Program-made: the position numbers and the translations under genes
Notes under the pieces: model-generated
What the model saw: the letters and a program-made list of their open reading frames with translations, nothing else
Told to the model about the DNA's origin: nothing
The model's database searches: none
Part shown: positions 25,860-36,319 of the stretch, one piece after another
How positions within the stretch are numbered: the stretch's first letter is position 1
Layout of the letters: each line of letters starts with the position of its first letter
Source: Malacoraja senta
Taxonomy: Eukaryota
Direction of reading: 5' to 3'
Assembly (NCBI GenBank): GCA_038087875.1
Contig: CM075987.1
Coordinates: 22,322,001-22,386,000 of the forward strand
Length of the DNA stretch: 64,000 nucleotides

Positions 25860-26680
25860 ATCTGCAGTGCACTACTGACAAGAGGCCTCCACGGTGGAGT
25901 TGCTATCTTCTGATTAGATGCCCCGTTAAACTGAAGCCTTGTCTGACATCTCAGGTGGGTGCAAAGGACCGTATGGCTGAAAATCAAAAGGAAATTACGG
26001 AAGTTCTTCCCAGTGCAAAGCAAAGTAACTGCAGGTGCTGGAAATCTAAAATAAAAATACAATTGGTGGAAATACTCAGTAGGTAAGGCAGGATCTGTGG
26101 AGAGAGAGCTGCTGGGGCTAAGGATCATCTGTGGAAGCAAAAGGATGGTTGATATTCTGTCATGACCCTTGTGGAGAGAAAATTGAGTTTGCATTTCAGG
26201 TTGGTGACCATTCATCGGAACAGGGAACAGAGAAAAGGGGGAAGGGAATTAGTGAACCCATGAAAATCTGTGATAGGTGAAAGGCAGAAAAATTAAAATG
26301 ATAAAGAACTATCTCAAAGTCCCTGGAACTTGTATTGGTAACTAAGAAAGATCTTGTGATCATTACCACATTGTTTGTGGGATCATGATGAAAGCACAAA
26401 GTGCCGGAGGAGCTCAGCGGGCCAGGCAGCATCTGTGGAGGGAAGGACAGGCAATGTTTTGGGTCGGGGCCCTTCTGTTGACAGATTGTAGCCGGGGGAG
26501 AAAACGGAAAAAGAGGTGGGAGCAGAACAATGCTGTGGGATCATGCTGTGTATAACTTGGATGCTGTGCTTCCTACATTAAAATAAGAGACCACATTTCA
26601 GCAGCGTCTCGTTGGCTGTCATGTATTATGCGACTTTCTGGGGTGGTGTCGGGTGCATTATAAATGCACATTCTTTCATT
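25860..26680 (+). mobile_element. DeuSINE relic split by Penelope-like insertions
   Basis: CGTTAAACTGAAGCCTTGTCTGACATCTCAGGTGG; TGTGGGATCATGCTGTG...TTCCTACATTA...TATAAATGCA. Confidence 0.55.
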
Positions 26681-28509
26681 TCTTATTTATCCTGAGTTTT
26701 TCACTTTGAGATTTCAGTCACCATCAGAAGCGGGAGCTTTTGGCTGGCAGGCTCTCAACGTGCAAGTTGTTGAGATGCAGGGAGCAGGGTGGGTGGGGGA
26801 ACTGCAGCATCGTGAAGTTTGGCTGGTAGCATAAGGCAAGCTGCAGCAGTGATGCTGTGTGAAAGAGAGAGAGAGAGAGAGGGCTCTCCAGAGAAATCAA
26901 TTCATCAACTCCAGCTCCATAAGCCCAATAAAGAACTTTGTTCTCAGAAATTCTGTGAAAACCAGCTTCTGATATCCATTAGTCTCAGAGAGAGAAAAAA
27001 GGTGGATGTTAATTCTTTTACACATTTCTTTTTATTACATAAATTTTATAATTTTTTTGTTTTTATTTCCCTGGGTCTTTGTTTCTTCATACGTTTTTCA
27101 TTTTCCCCCCCTCTCTTCCTGACGAGAGTCTGTGAGCTGTTGGCGCCACTCGTCTGGAACAGGCCTGACAGGGGTTTGAATTATGGAAGAGAAGGCGGGG
27201 ATGAAAGGCGAGGGTGGTGACTGAAGCCGTGCAGGCGGGGGAGGGGAGGGAGAAGGCGTGGGTTTGAGAGAAAGACTGGAGAGAGAGTGAGAGAGAGAAC
27301 TGGGGAGAGGATTAGAGGGAGTGAGACAGTCTGGGGGGAAAAAAGACCGTGGGAGGGATAAACCTGGAGGGAGGATTGGAAAGAGTGAGGAATCTGAAAT
27401 GAAAAAATGAATGTAAAACATATTGCGGGAGAGAGGAAAAGAAAAAAACAAAGGGTGAGAGGATTTGAAATGAAGGGAGAGGCTGAGTGCAACTAAAAGC
27501 AGTGGAGAGGTAGAGAGATTGCATAAAAGAGAAACAGAAAGGATTTTTAAAACGGAGTGTGAAGAGAGACTAAAAGAGGAAAGGAATGAGAGAGAGCGAA
27601 AGAGAAAATGGAAGTGGCATTGAAAATGCAAGCAGGGGTTTATGAAGAGAAAATTCTCCCTTCACATGTCCTGACCCATTTTATTTTCCACAATGTATTT
27701 GCTTGACGGGGATAGGGACTGAGAGAGTCAGAGAGGGTGGATAGAAAGACAAAAGGATGATAAAGATACAGCGGGCGAGAGAATGTGAGCAAGATAGAGA
27801 AAGAGGAAAAAAAGTAAGCTGCACCAATGTTCTGCAGTACATTAAAATGCTTACAATTCCTGTGTTCTGGGATAGTCTGCAACCACAAGATACTCAGACA
27901 CAAACGTACAGCATACCATGTATTGAATTCTGAGTTCTACCACACTCAGTGCGTGTACCCTGTGTAATTCTGGTGCAGTTGTTACTCCTCAGTGAAAACA
28001 ATTTCTTTATGAAGCAAAGAAAGACACAGAAAGCTGGAGTAACACAGCAGGACAGGCAGCATCTCTGGAGAAAAGGAATGGGTGACGTTTCGGGTCAAGA
28101 CCCATCCTTATGAAGCATCCTGTTTCTTAAATCTGCAGTGGCACCAACACAGAAGTGGATTCCACTCTAGTTTTCAAAAATGAATTGTAAATATTGTCGA
28201 GATTAATTGGAAAGCCCTTTCAAATAGCTGGTACACACACACCCAAATGATTGAATGGACTTACCATGCTATAGGATTCTATGATTCACCACCTCTCGAC
28301 AATCTACCAAAGACTTGCCCAAACAAATACTGCATTTGTGGTCTGACGAAGGGTCCCGACCCAAAACGCCGCCTATCTCATCCTCCAGTGATGTGCTGAG
28401 TTACTTCAGCACTTTGTGTTCTATGCAACATTCCAGCATCTGCAATTCCTTGTGTGTTTGAATATGGAAGTATTTGGAACCAGACTTTTCGAGTTCGCCA
28501 GCAAATGGC

Positions 28510-28790
28510 TTGCATTTATATAGCCCCTTTGCATCCCTTTCAGCGCACCCCCAAGCACTTCTGACAGATAAGAATCTTTAAGATGGTCTCCCTGATGTGA
28601 TGAAATGGAGGTCAGTTTTCAATGCGGCAGGTTTTTGAATGCAACAGTGAGATTATGACCATGTTGATTAGAAGATAACTATTGACCAGAACTTTCAAAC
28701 CAGTGCCACAGGATCATTTATATCCAATTGTAAGTGTAGGCAATCTACACACATCCTTTGAAAGACCACATTTCTAGCAGCGTAATGCAC
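28510..28790 (-). mobile_element. DeuSINE relic
   Basis: CTTGCATTTATATAGC start; CAGTGCCACAGGATCATTTATATCC. Confidence 0.45.
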
Positions 28791-29501
28791 TCCTGGTTCA
28801 GGAGGCAGCTCACCTCCACTGTCTGAAGGACAATTAAGGATGGGCAATGGTGGTCTTGCCAGCAATGTCCACAAACCATGAATGATTCCAACTATTAAAC
28901 CAGAACAGGTAGAGTAAAGGTTAAAACCTGATTACAGTTCTGGGGTTCAAGTCCTACTGTAGAAACTTGACCAAACAATCCAGGCGATGCTGCAGGAAAT
29001 GGTGAATATATGGAACTTGTTACGAAAGAGGGTTGGTAATGAATAGAGCAGATGTATTTAAGGTGAGGATAAGTAAGCAAATGAGGGAGAATTCTGCTGA
29101 GCGAGTTAGATGTAAGAGATGGAAAGGGTTTTGAGTGGAACATGACGTGGGCATAGAATTACATGTAACATGTTACTTTTAAGAATCATAAACATTTACT
29201 GTTGCCCTTCCCCAAGTACCCTGGAGAAGGTGCTAGTGAGCCACCTGTACAGACCTGTAGTCTTTGTCATGAAGAGTACCTCCATGGTGCCTTTAGGTGT
29301 CCTGGATGTTCTCGTATTTTGGCCCAGCAATGATGAAGAATTACGATACATTTCAAGCTAAGAATGGAATATGATTGAGATGGACAATTTTAGATGGCAC
29401 CATATACATCCTTGGATCGTTTGATGGGACATTTTGGAGAGAACTCTGTCTTGTTTTCTAACCTGCGATGGAACCACTCATGCAGTGCTTGAGTTTTTGG
29501 A

Positions 29502-30246
29502 GAAACATAGAAACATAGAAAATAGGTGCAGGAGTAGGCCATTCGGCCCTTCGAGCCTGCACCGCCATTCGATATGATCATGGCTGATCATCCAACTCAG
29601 TATCCCATCCCTGCCTTCTCTCCATACCCCCTGATCCCTTTAGCCACAAGGGCCACATCTAACTCCCTCTTAAATATAGCCAATGAACTGGCCTCAACTA
29701 CCTTCTGTGGCAGAGAATTCCACAGATTCACCACTCTCTGTGTAAAAAATGATTTTCTCATCTCGGTCCTAAAAGACTTCCCTCTTATCCTTGAACTGTG
29801 ACCCCTAGTTCTGGACTTCCCCAACATCGGGAATAATCTTCCTGCATCTAGCCTGTCCAACCCCTTAAGAATTTTGTAAGTTTCTATAAGATCCCCCCTC
29901 AATCTTCTAAATTCTAGCATGTACAAGCCGAGCCTATCCAGTCTTTCTTCATATGAAAGTCCTGCCATCCCAGGAATCAGTCTGGCGAACCTTCTCTGTA
30001 CTCCCTCTATGGCAAGAATGTCTTTCCTCAGATTAGGAGACCAAAACTGTACGCAATACTCCAGGTGTGGTCTCACCAAGACCCTGTACAACTGCAGTAG
30101 AACCTCCCTGCTCTTATACTCAAATCCTTTTGCTATGAATGCTAACATACCATTCGCTTTCTTCACTGCCTGCTGTACCTGCATGCCTACTTTCAATGAC
30201 TGGTGTACCATGACACCCAGGTCTCGTTGCATCTCCCCTTTTCCTA
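29502..30246 (-). mobile_element. Young CR1, 5'-truncated, open ORF2 C-terminus
   Basis: About 215 aa uninterrupted CR1 ORF2 end; (GAAACATA)n tail. Confidence 0.95.
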
Positions 30247-31607
30247 TCTGTATTCTATAAGCTTGCCCGGGCAATGCCTTCCTTGAAATGTTTCCTGATG
30301 AGGGGATATTTCCTTTCATGGGGAAATTTAGAACTGGGACACTGTTTCAGAATATAGAACTTACCTATTCAAGAATCTTTTGAATTCTCTGCCCCATAGG
30401 CTGTCATTGGTTATATCCGAGGCTCAGATAGATTTTTGAGCTGCCTGAGGATCAGGCAGAAATTGAGGCCATGATATATTGAATAGCAGAGAGCGGATTC
30501 AAGGGCTAAGAGTGAATTTTTGATCCATAGATGCTGCCTGGCCTCCTGAGTATTTCCAACATATCCCCCTTATTTCAGATTTCAGGCAACTCTAGTGTTT
30601 ATCTCACCGGTCTAGTATTGTTTGTTTTTCTGCTTGTTCATCTCCTTTTGTTTGCAACACCTGCACCTATTTCTTATATTCTCATTGGATAGCACAGAGG
30701 AAACTGCACCCTTACTCACTCCCAGACTTATTAGCCTTCAGTGTGTTGAAAGATAGACATTAAAGGTGTTGATATCCAAACATTAAAAAATTCTGATTAA
30801 AGTGATGGAAAATGATAACTCTGTTTCCGGCTGCCGATACTTCCAGGGTTTTTCCAGGATTCCAGCAGTCTGCAGTGTTTCCAGGTCACTTTAAATGTTC
30901 TATTACAATAATGTAATTCAAGAGGCTTTCAGATTGGCATATCGATATGCAGGGAATGGAGGGATATGGATCACATCCAGGCACAGGAGGTTAGTTAACT
31001 TGGCAATATGTTCGCATGTACATTGTGGGCCGAAGGGCCTGTCCTTATGCTGTACTGTTCTCTGTTGTACTAATTCTCCCTCCCACTCTGACCTTCGTGT
31101 TTGTGGCCTATTGTATCAATTCAATGAAGCCTAACGTAAGCTCAAACAATAGCATTTCATCGTCTAGCTTGGCATATTATCTATATAAACAAAAGTCTCA
31201 TCTTGACCACTTCCTGTCTGCGCTGTATATTGATTATAGTAAGAAACGCTACCATATATCGCTATGATTTTTGGCCATCTAACTCCCAGCCCTCCTCCGC
31301 AGAGGAGGATTTTTCCGATCGATGAAAAATAAAAAGGTTATGAGTGTTTAAGAAATCTTGAGATCAGCTGATTGGTCCTCTTGCCTGTCAATCACCACGA
31401 TGAGGGTAACGCCCCTTCCGGGGGTGGGGGGGGGGGCAGGACAATAAAACCCCGGATGTCTGGACGTGAGTCTGTCACTCTGGAAGATAGCGAGGGAGAG
31501 TCCACAACTGTGATTCTAAGCTGTGAATCAACTGAACTGTGAGTCTGCAATGTACTTCCAATTAATGATTTGTTAACGCTTAATGACAATGCAATGAGTT
31601 GTTTGGC

Positions 31608-31720
31608 AATTTGGTGGCCTGCACTCTGCTTGAAATACGATGAAATTGAATTTGGTGGCCTGCACTCTGCTTGAAATGCTATGAAATTGAATTTGGTGGC
31701 CTGCACTCTGCTTGAAATGG
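31608..31720. repeat. 39-bp minisatellite x3 inside Helitron
   Basis: AATTTGGTGGCCTGCACTCTGCTTGAAAT...ATGAAATTG. Confidence 0.9.
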
Positions 31721-31736
31721 AATTTCAAGGCATAGC

Positions 31737-31938
31737 CGTGAGTGAACTGCCAGCCCACCAGCCCTGAGTGACTGAGCTGCCAGCCAACCAGCCCTTGGTG
31801 ACTGAGCTGCCAGCCCACCAGGCCTGAGTGACTGAGCTGCCAGGCCAACAGGCCTGAGTGACTGAGCTGCCAACCTACCAGGCCTGAGTGACTGAGCTGC
31901 CAGCCAACCAGGCCTGAGTGACTGAGCTGCCAGCCCAA
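31737..31938. repeat. 30-bp minisatellite, about 7 copies, inside Helitron
   Basis: CTGAGTGACTGAGCTGCCAGCCAACCAGGC units. Confidence 0.92.
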
Positions 31939-32784
31939 GAATCTATTCGGCCACAATGTCCATACTAGCCCTCTGGAAACCAGTCCCTTCGCCCCACAAC
32001 ACCCACACTAGCGCTCCAGAAAGCCCCCCCCACTGGCCACCAATATTGGAATTGGTGGAGAGGTGGCATATTGCGTTGGGAGATAAGCCCTCCCATGTGA
32101 ACATGGGACCCAACAGGTCCCATTTGGTCTAGTAGCCTTTAGTATCCAACATTCAATTCAACAATTTAAGATATACTGTTTTTCCCAGTTTTTATCAGAA
32201 CTAGTCATTTCTGATGAAAAATGATCAAGATGTAGCCTTAGCTCCATTTTTCTCTCAACCTAGATGCTGCCTTATCTGCTGAGTATTTCCAGCATTCCCA
32301 CTTCATTTCAGATTTCAGGGAACTTTATGTGTGTTATGGTGTTTACCGTGTTTACATATCTGTTGTGCTCAGTGATGGAAATTGGGGGGGGGGGGGGGTA
32401 CGCAGGGGGGGGGGGTTCCCCTAGTTTTCAGTTTCCAGTTTCCATCCTGTGCGTGAAGTCGCAGCTTTATCCTGCGCTACTTAATCCAAGGGCGAGCGAA
32501 GGAGCGGACAGACGGACGATGGCAACGATCATAGAGTGGAATAGATGACATTTCGGGTCGAGACCCTTCTTGAGACTGAGTCGGGGAAAGAGCAACAAGA
32601 GATATAGACGGTACTAAGGACAAATTAATGCCTATACCTCCCGTTTCTCTTTCCCTTGACTGTCAGTCTGAAAAAGGGTCTCGACCCGAAATGTCTCCTA
32701 TTACGCTCTATGATCGTTGCTTTCGTCCGTCTGTCCGCGCATTTGCTCGCTCTTGGTGCCGGCGCTTCTCCCCTCAGACTCCGA

Positions 32785-32817
<33 letters not shown>

Positions 32818-33339
32818 ACGTGAAGGATTACATCAAACGGGTCATGGCAGCTATTGAAAAAGTACCGAAATGGTAAGGGGGAAATTAAAAAAAAAAAAAC
32901 GAAGAAAATAGATGTTTAACAAAAAAAAGGGGGCCGTCGATCGTTCCGTGTCGGGGGGTGGGGGGCAGGGCCGGCCTTAAGCCGATTGGACCAATTGCTT
33001 ACAACTGGGGCCAGAGTTATCTATTCTTGGCTCAGGTAGATCTACCCCGGGTGGAGGGGGGAAAAAGGGGTGGAGAGAGAGTAGAGGGGTGGAGGGGGAA
33101 TGGAGAAGGGGAAGGTGGGTCGTTCCCTCACGGTCCCGGGGCTGCGCTCCCACCCCTCCAGTCGCTGTGCTTCACGCACACAGCCCCGGCTCCACCTCTC
33201 TCTCTCCCCGGGGAGACGCGGTGAACAATACAGGGAGAGCCGGGCCGGGCCGGGGGATGGAGCAACGTTTACAAACCTCGGCCTCAGCTTACACCCGTCC
33301 GCTCGCACCCCGGCATCTGCTCCCGCCGCCGGCCCGCTC

Positions 33340-33680
33340 CCTCCCTTCTCTCCTTCCCTTCCCTCCCTCCCTTCCCTTCTTCCCTCCCTCCCTTCTCTCC
33401 TTCCCTCCTTCCTTCCTCTCTCTCTTTTCCCTTCTCTCCTTCCCTCCCTCCCTTCTCTCCTTCCCTCCTTCCTTCCTCTCTCTCTTTTCCCTTCTCTCCT
33501 TTCCTCCCTCCCTTCTTTCTCTCCTTCCTCTATCTCTTTTCCCTTCTCTCCTTCCCTCCCTCCCTTCTTTCTCTCCTTCCCTCCCTCCCTTCCCTTCTTC
33601 CCTCCCTCCCTTCTCTCCTTCCCTTCTTTCTCTCCTTCCCTCCCTCCCTTCTCTTCCTCCCTCCTCTCCTTCCCTCCCAC
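33340..33680. repeat. Polypyrimidine (CT-rich) tract with about 60-bp periodicity
   Basis: Essentially only C/T for about 340 bp; TCTCTTTTCCCTTCTCTCCTT recurs at 33421, 33481 and about 33533. Confidence 0.9.
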
Positions 33681-33699
33681 ACATAAGGCACAGACAACT

Positions 33700-33700
33700 A

Positions 33701-33732
<32 letters not shown>

Positions 33733-33840
33733 ACACACACAGACACACACACACACCAACACACACTCACACAGACACACACACGCGCGCGCACACACAC
33801 ACTCACACCCACACCCCTACACCCCCACACCCACACACCC
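33700..33840. repeat. (CA)n-rich microsatellite
   Basis: Imperfect CA repeats. Confidence 0.9.
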
Positions 33841-34424
33841 AAAGTTAGGATGGGGCTGAAGCCCAAAATGTTATGCCTGCACTGGTTTTTCGCCAATAGT
33901 TATTGGTTTTCCAGGATCTAGTTAATTTTTATTTATTTTTTCATTTCACAATCACTTAAACAAGTGGTATTGTAACTATCTACTTTTCAGAGGTGATGTA
34001 CACATTTTGTTTGTTACTTGTAGGCTTACATGTATGCAATTTTATATTAAAATGTAACTTAGATCTGTTTGGTCTATTAACTCGCAGGCTCTTTTTAAGC
34101 GCACATTTTGATTACTTTCCATTCAACCATAGAGATATAAGGTCTATAATAGACTTTATTTGTATTTCTATGATTCTACAGACCTTGGCTGGGAACCTGG
34201 GGCTCACCAAAATTGTTCCCAATTGGGCCCCGCACCTCCTAAGGCCGGCCCTGGGGGCGGGGGGGGGATGGCTTGAGTGGGTGCAAGATTTTCTGGAGCT
34301 CCTTCCAAATGGCAATATTTTGTATGTTCAAAGTAAAAAATGAGGACTAAGCAAGGATATCAGAATGATCGCCTGCAGCTGAGAAAAAAAAGATGATTTG
34401 TGCATGAAGAAGCCATGATCAAAG

Positions 34425-34540
34425 CAAAGATACTAGAGCGGAGACGGAAGCCGGTTACGGAAATGGGGCTGAAGATTACCCATGACCCTACTACGGCTTT
34501 TTCGTCGAGTGGACTATCTTGCTCCGCTATAGGATCTTTG
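34425..34540. mobile_element. 116-bp TIR element (CAAAGAT family), no TSD
   Basis: CAAAGATACTAGAGCGGAG ... CTCCGCTATAGGATCTTTG (17/19 inverted match). Confidence 0.75.
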
Positions 34541-34930
34541 GTTTCCAGTCTCCATGAGATGGAGAGTGTGGAGGAAAGTGGCGCTGTAAGGGCAGTCCAC
34601 GTCTTACACCAGCTCATTGGAACTTTTCCCAATTCCATAATGACTGTCTAAGAACTTGGCCCTCATCAGACCTGGCGTCTCCCCGCTGTAAATGGAGTTC
34701 ACCCCCTGGATGCTCAACTCGTAGACCACCTGCTCCTTCCTGAAGCGGATATCAAACAGCTGTAAACCGCTGGCGGGACTGCGGCGGAACGCGAACTCCC
34801 AGTCAAAGTAGCGAACGTGGTTGTTTACAACGTGGTATCTTGGTCCACGTGGCTCGAACTGGAGGGGGCCGTAGGTTTGAAACTTCTGGCGAGGTCTCAG
34901 CGAGGCGTAGTTGGGATCCGAATCCGACCT
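34541..34930 (-). pseudogene. Copper-containing amine oxidase (AOC2/AOC3-like) gene fragment, 130 codons, one internal stop
   Basis: RSDSDPNYASLRPRQKFQTYGPLQFEPRGPRYHVVNNHVRYFDWEFAFRRSPASGLQLFDIRFRKEQVVYELSIQGVNSIYSGETPGLMRAKFLDSHYGIGKSSNELV*DVDCPYSATFLHTLHLMETGN; matches the vertebrate AOC catalytic-domain start (PLQF.P.GPR, FD.RF..E...YE.S.Q, DCPY.AT); TAA at 34604-34606. Confidence 0.9.
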
Positions 34931-35476
34931 TTAGATCTCTCTCACTCTCTCACCCTCTCTCTCACCCTCTCGCCTCGGCATTCCCGGAATCATTTGCCGT
35001 TTTGCGGGGACGGCTGCATCTGCGGTTCCTTCCTGTTGGGGTGGGGGTGGGGGGAACCCTGGCCCGTGGCGGCTCCTGGTCCGTTCCCTCTGGGGGTGCC
35101 GCCTGACCCGCTGAGTTCCTCCAGCACTCTGTGTTTTTTGTTTGGCTCCAGAGTTGAAGGTGGACATGGGGTGGCTAAGCGGGATGGGCAGCGGCTCTGG
35201 GGAGTGGGTGGCGTTTCAGGTGAGACCCTTCTGCAGACAATCACAAGTACTCTCACCGACGAGAGTTCAGTTCAGTCTAAAGAAGGGTCTTCTCTCCAGA
35301 GTCGCTGCCTGTCCCGCTGAGTTACTCCAGCTTTATGTCTAACTTCAATTTCAAGAGTTAAATAAAAACACACAGAGTGCTGGAGGAACTCAGCGGGCTA
35401 GGCGGCATCTGTGGAGGAAATGGATTAGGAATTGTTTCGGGCCAGGGTTCTTCTTCAATAGGAAGGAACTGCAGAT

Positions 35477-35508
35477 CAAAGATAGTAGAGCGGATACTAG
35501 TATCTTTG
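35477..35508. mobile_element. 32-bp minimal TIR element (CAAAGAT family) with perfect 8-bp TSD
   Basis: CAAAGATAGTAGAGCGGATACTAGTATCTTTG flanked by CTGCAGAT (35469-35476, 35509-35516). Confidence 0.85.
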
Positions 35509-35781
35509 CTGCAGATCAGGCATGATATTCTTCCGATTTAAATCGTAATTCCGATTTTATTGTTTTCCTATTTTCAATTATTTGTGCCCGATTATTTGGC
35601 GACGTATCAACCGCTGTCTCTAAGAGAGTTGCGTCCAATCACCGACCAGCTTCTCTTAAAATTGTGTCCAATCACATAAAGCGCTGGTCACTCGGCGGCC
35701 ACTCAGACACAGTCTCTAGGGGCCTTTTGATCAATCACCGACCTGCTTCCCTCACCGAAGCAGATGATGGCTGCAGCCAAC

Positions 35782-35812
<31 letters not shown>

Positions 35813-36319
35813 TGCAAGAAAGCAGCTATGACATAATACACAATATACTATATTATAAATACACAATAAACAAGTTATGCATTCTTGTACTCTTACATGG
35901 GTATGACCGCACATAAAAAATCCCCCCCCCCTTCCTTCCCAACCTCAGCCTCACGGACCTTAGAGTACCCCTAGTTCCTAAAACCCATTTCCATCACTGG
36001 TTGTGCTGCTGCAAGTAAGAGTATAATTGTTCAGTGTCAGGACATATAACAAAACACTCTTGACTCTATCCCACAAGTCTAGTATTGCTGGTTTTTCTGC
36101 TTGTTCATCTTTATTGTTTGTTTTCCAGCCTTTCACTAGTCTTGTTATTTTCTTCAATGGTAATGTCTGAAGCAGATGGTCATAGCAGAGAAAGTCAGAT
36201 AACATTAGATAACATTAAAATCCAAAGATAACGTAGAGATTTCACTTCTGCAGATGTGTTTCCCACTCTGTGTCTGCTTGGGAGCAGGATCCTATGGAAC
36301 TACACAATCCCAAGTAATA

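Larger units (their letters stand above)
31180..32132 (+). mobile_element. Non-autonomous Helitron
   Basis: 5' TC (A|TCTATATA), 3' CTAG|T, subterminal hairpin ATGGGACC-CAACA-GGTCCCAT (32103-32123), inserted between A and T with no TSD. Confidence 0.88.
32966..34253. mobile_element. Nested non-autonomous hAT-like element
   Basis: 14-bp TIR CAGGGCCGGCCTTA / TAAGGCCGGCCCTG; CCAATTG subterminal motifs; inserted in a G-run (GTGGGGGG vs GGGGCGGG, imperfect TSD). Confidence 0.8.
32370..35999. mobile_element. Non-autonomous hAT-like composite transposon carrying a host gene fragment
   Basis: 13-bp perfect TIR CAGTGATGGAAAT / ATTTCCATCACTG; perfect 8-bp TSD GTTGTGCT (32362-32369, 36000-36007); the empty site restores a Rex1-type tail TTTACATATCTGTTGTGCTGCTGCAAGTAAG. 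Confidence 0.9.

Noticed and set aside
27098..27631. 177-aa S/L/P/F-rich ORF
   Set aside because: Translation of a purine/pyrimidine-biased tract.
31608..31938. Regular repeats resembling a CRISPR array or a repeat-protein ORF (GWQLSHSGLV)n
   Set aside because: Head-to-tail minisatellites with no unique spacers, inside a Helitron in eukaryotic DNA.
32818..32880. Short frame VKDYIKRVMAAIEKVPK with ATG|GTAAGG inside the hAT element, as transposase or second cargo
   Set aside because: Too short; no family motif recognised.
33042..33921. Long ORFs of 256-284 aa on both strands
   Set aside because: Products of CT-rich and CA low-complexity DNA that lacks stop codons.
34128..34172. Possible CATAGA...TCTATG mini-element
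   Set aside because: Only a short inverted match and an imperfect 7-bp flank repeat (ATTCAAC/ATTCTAC); could be chance.
34817..35320. 167-aa plus-strand ORF and neighbouring ORFs
   Set aside because: Antisense to the AOC fragment and running through Penelope ends.
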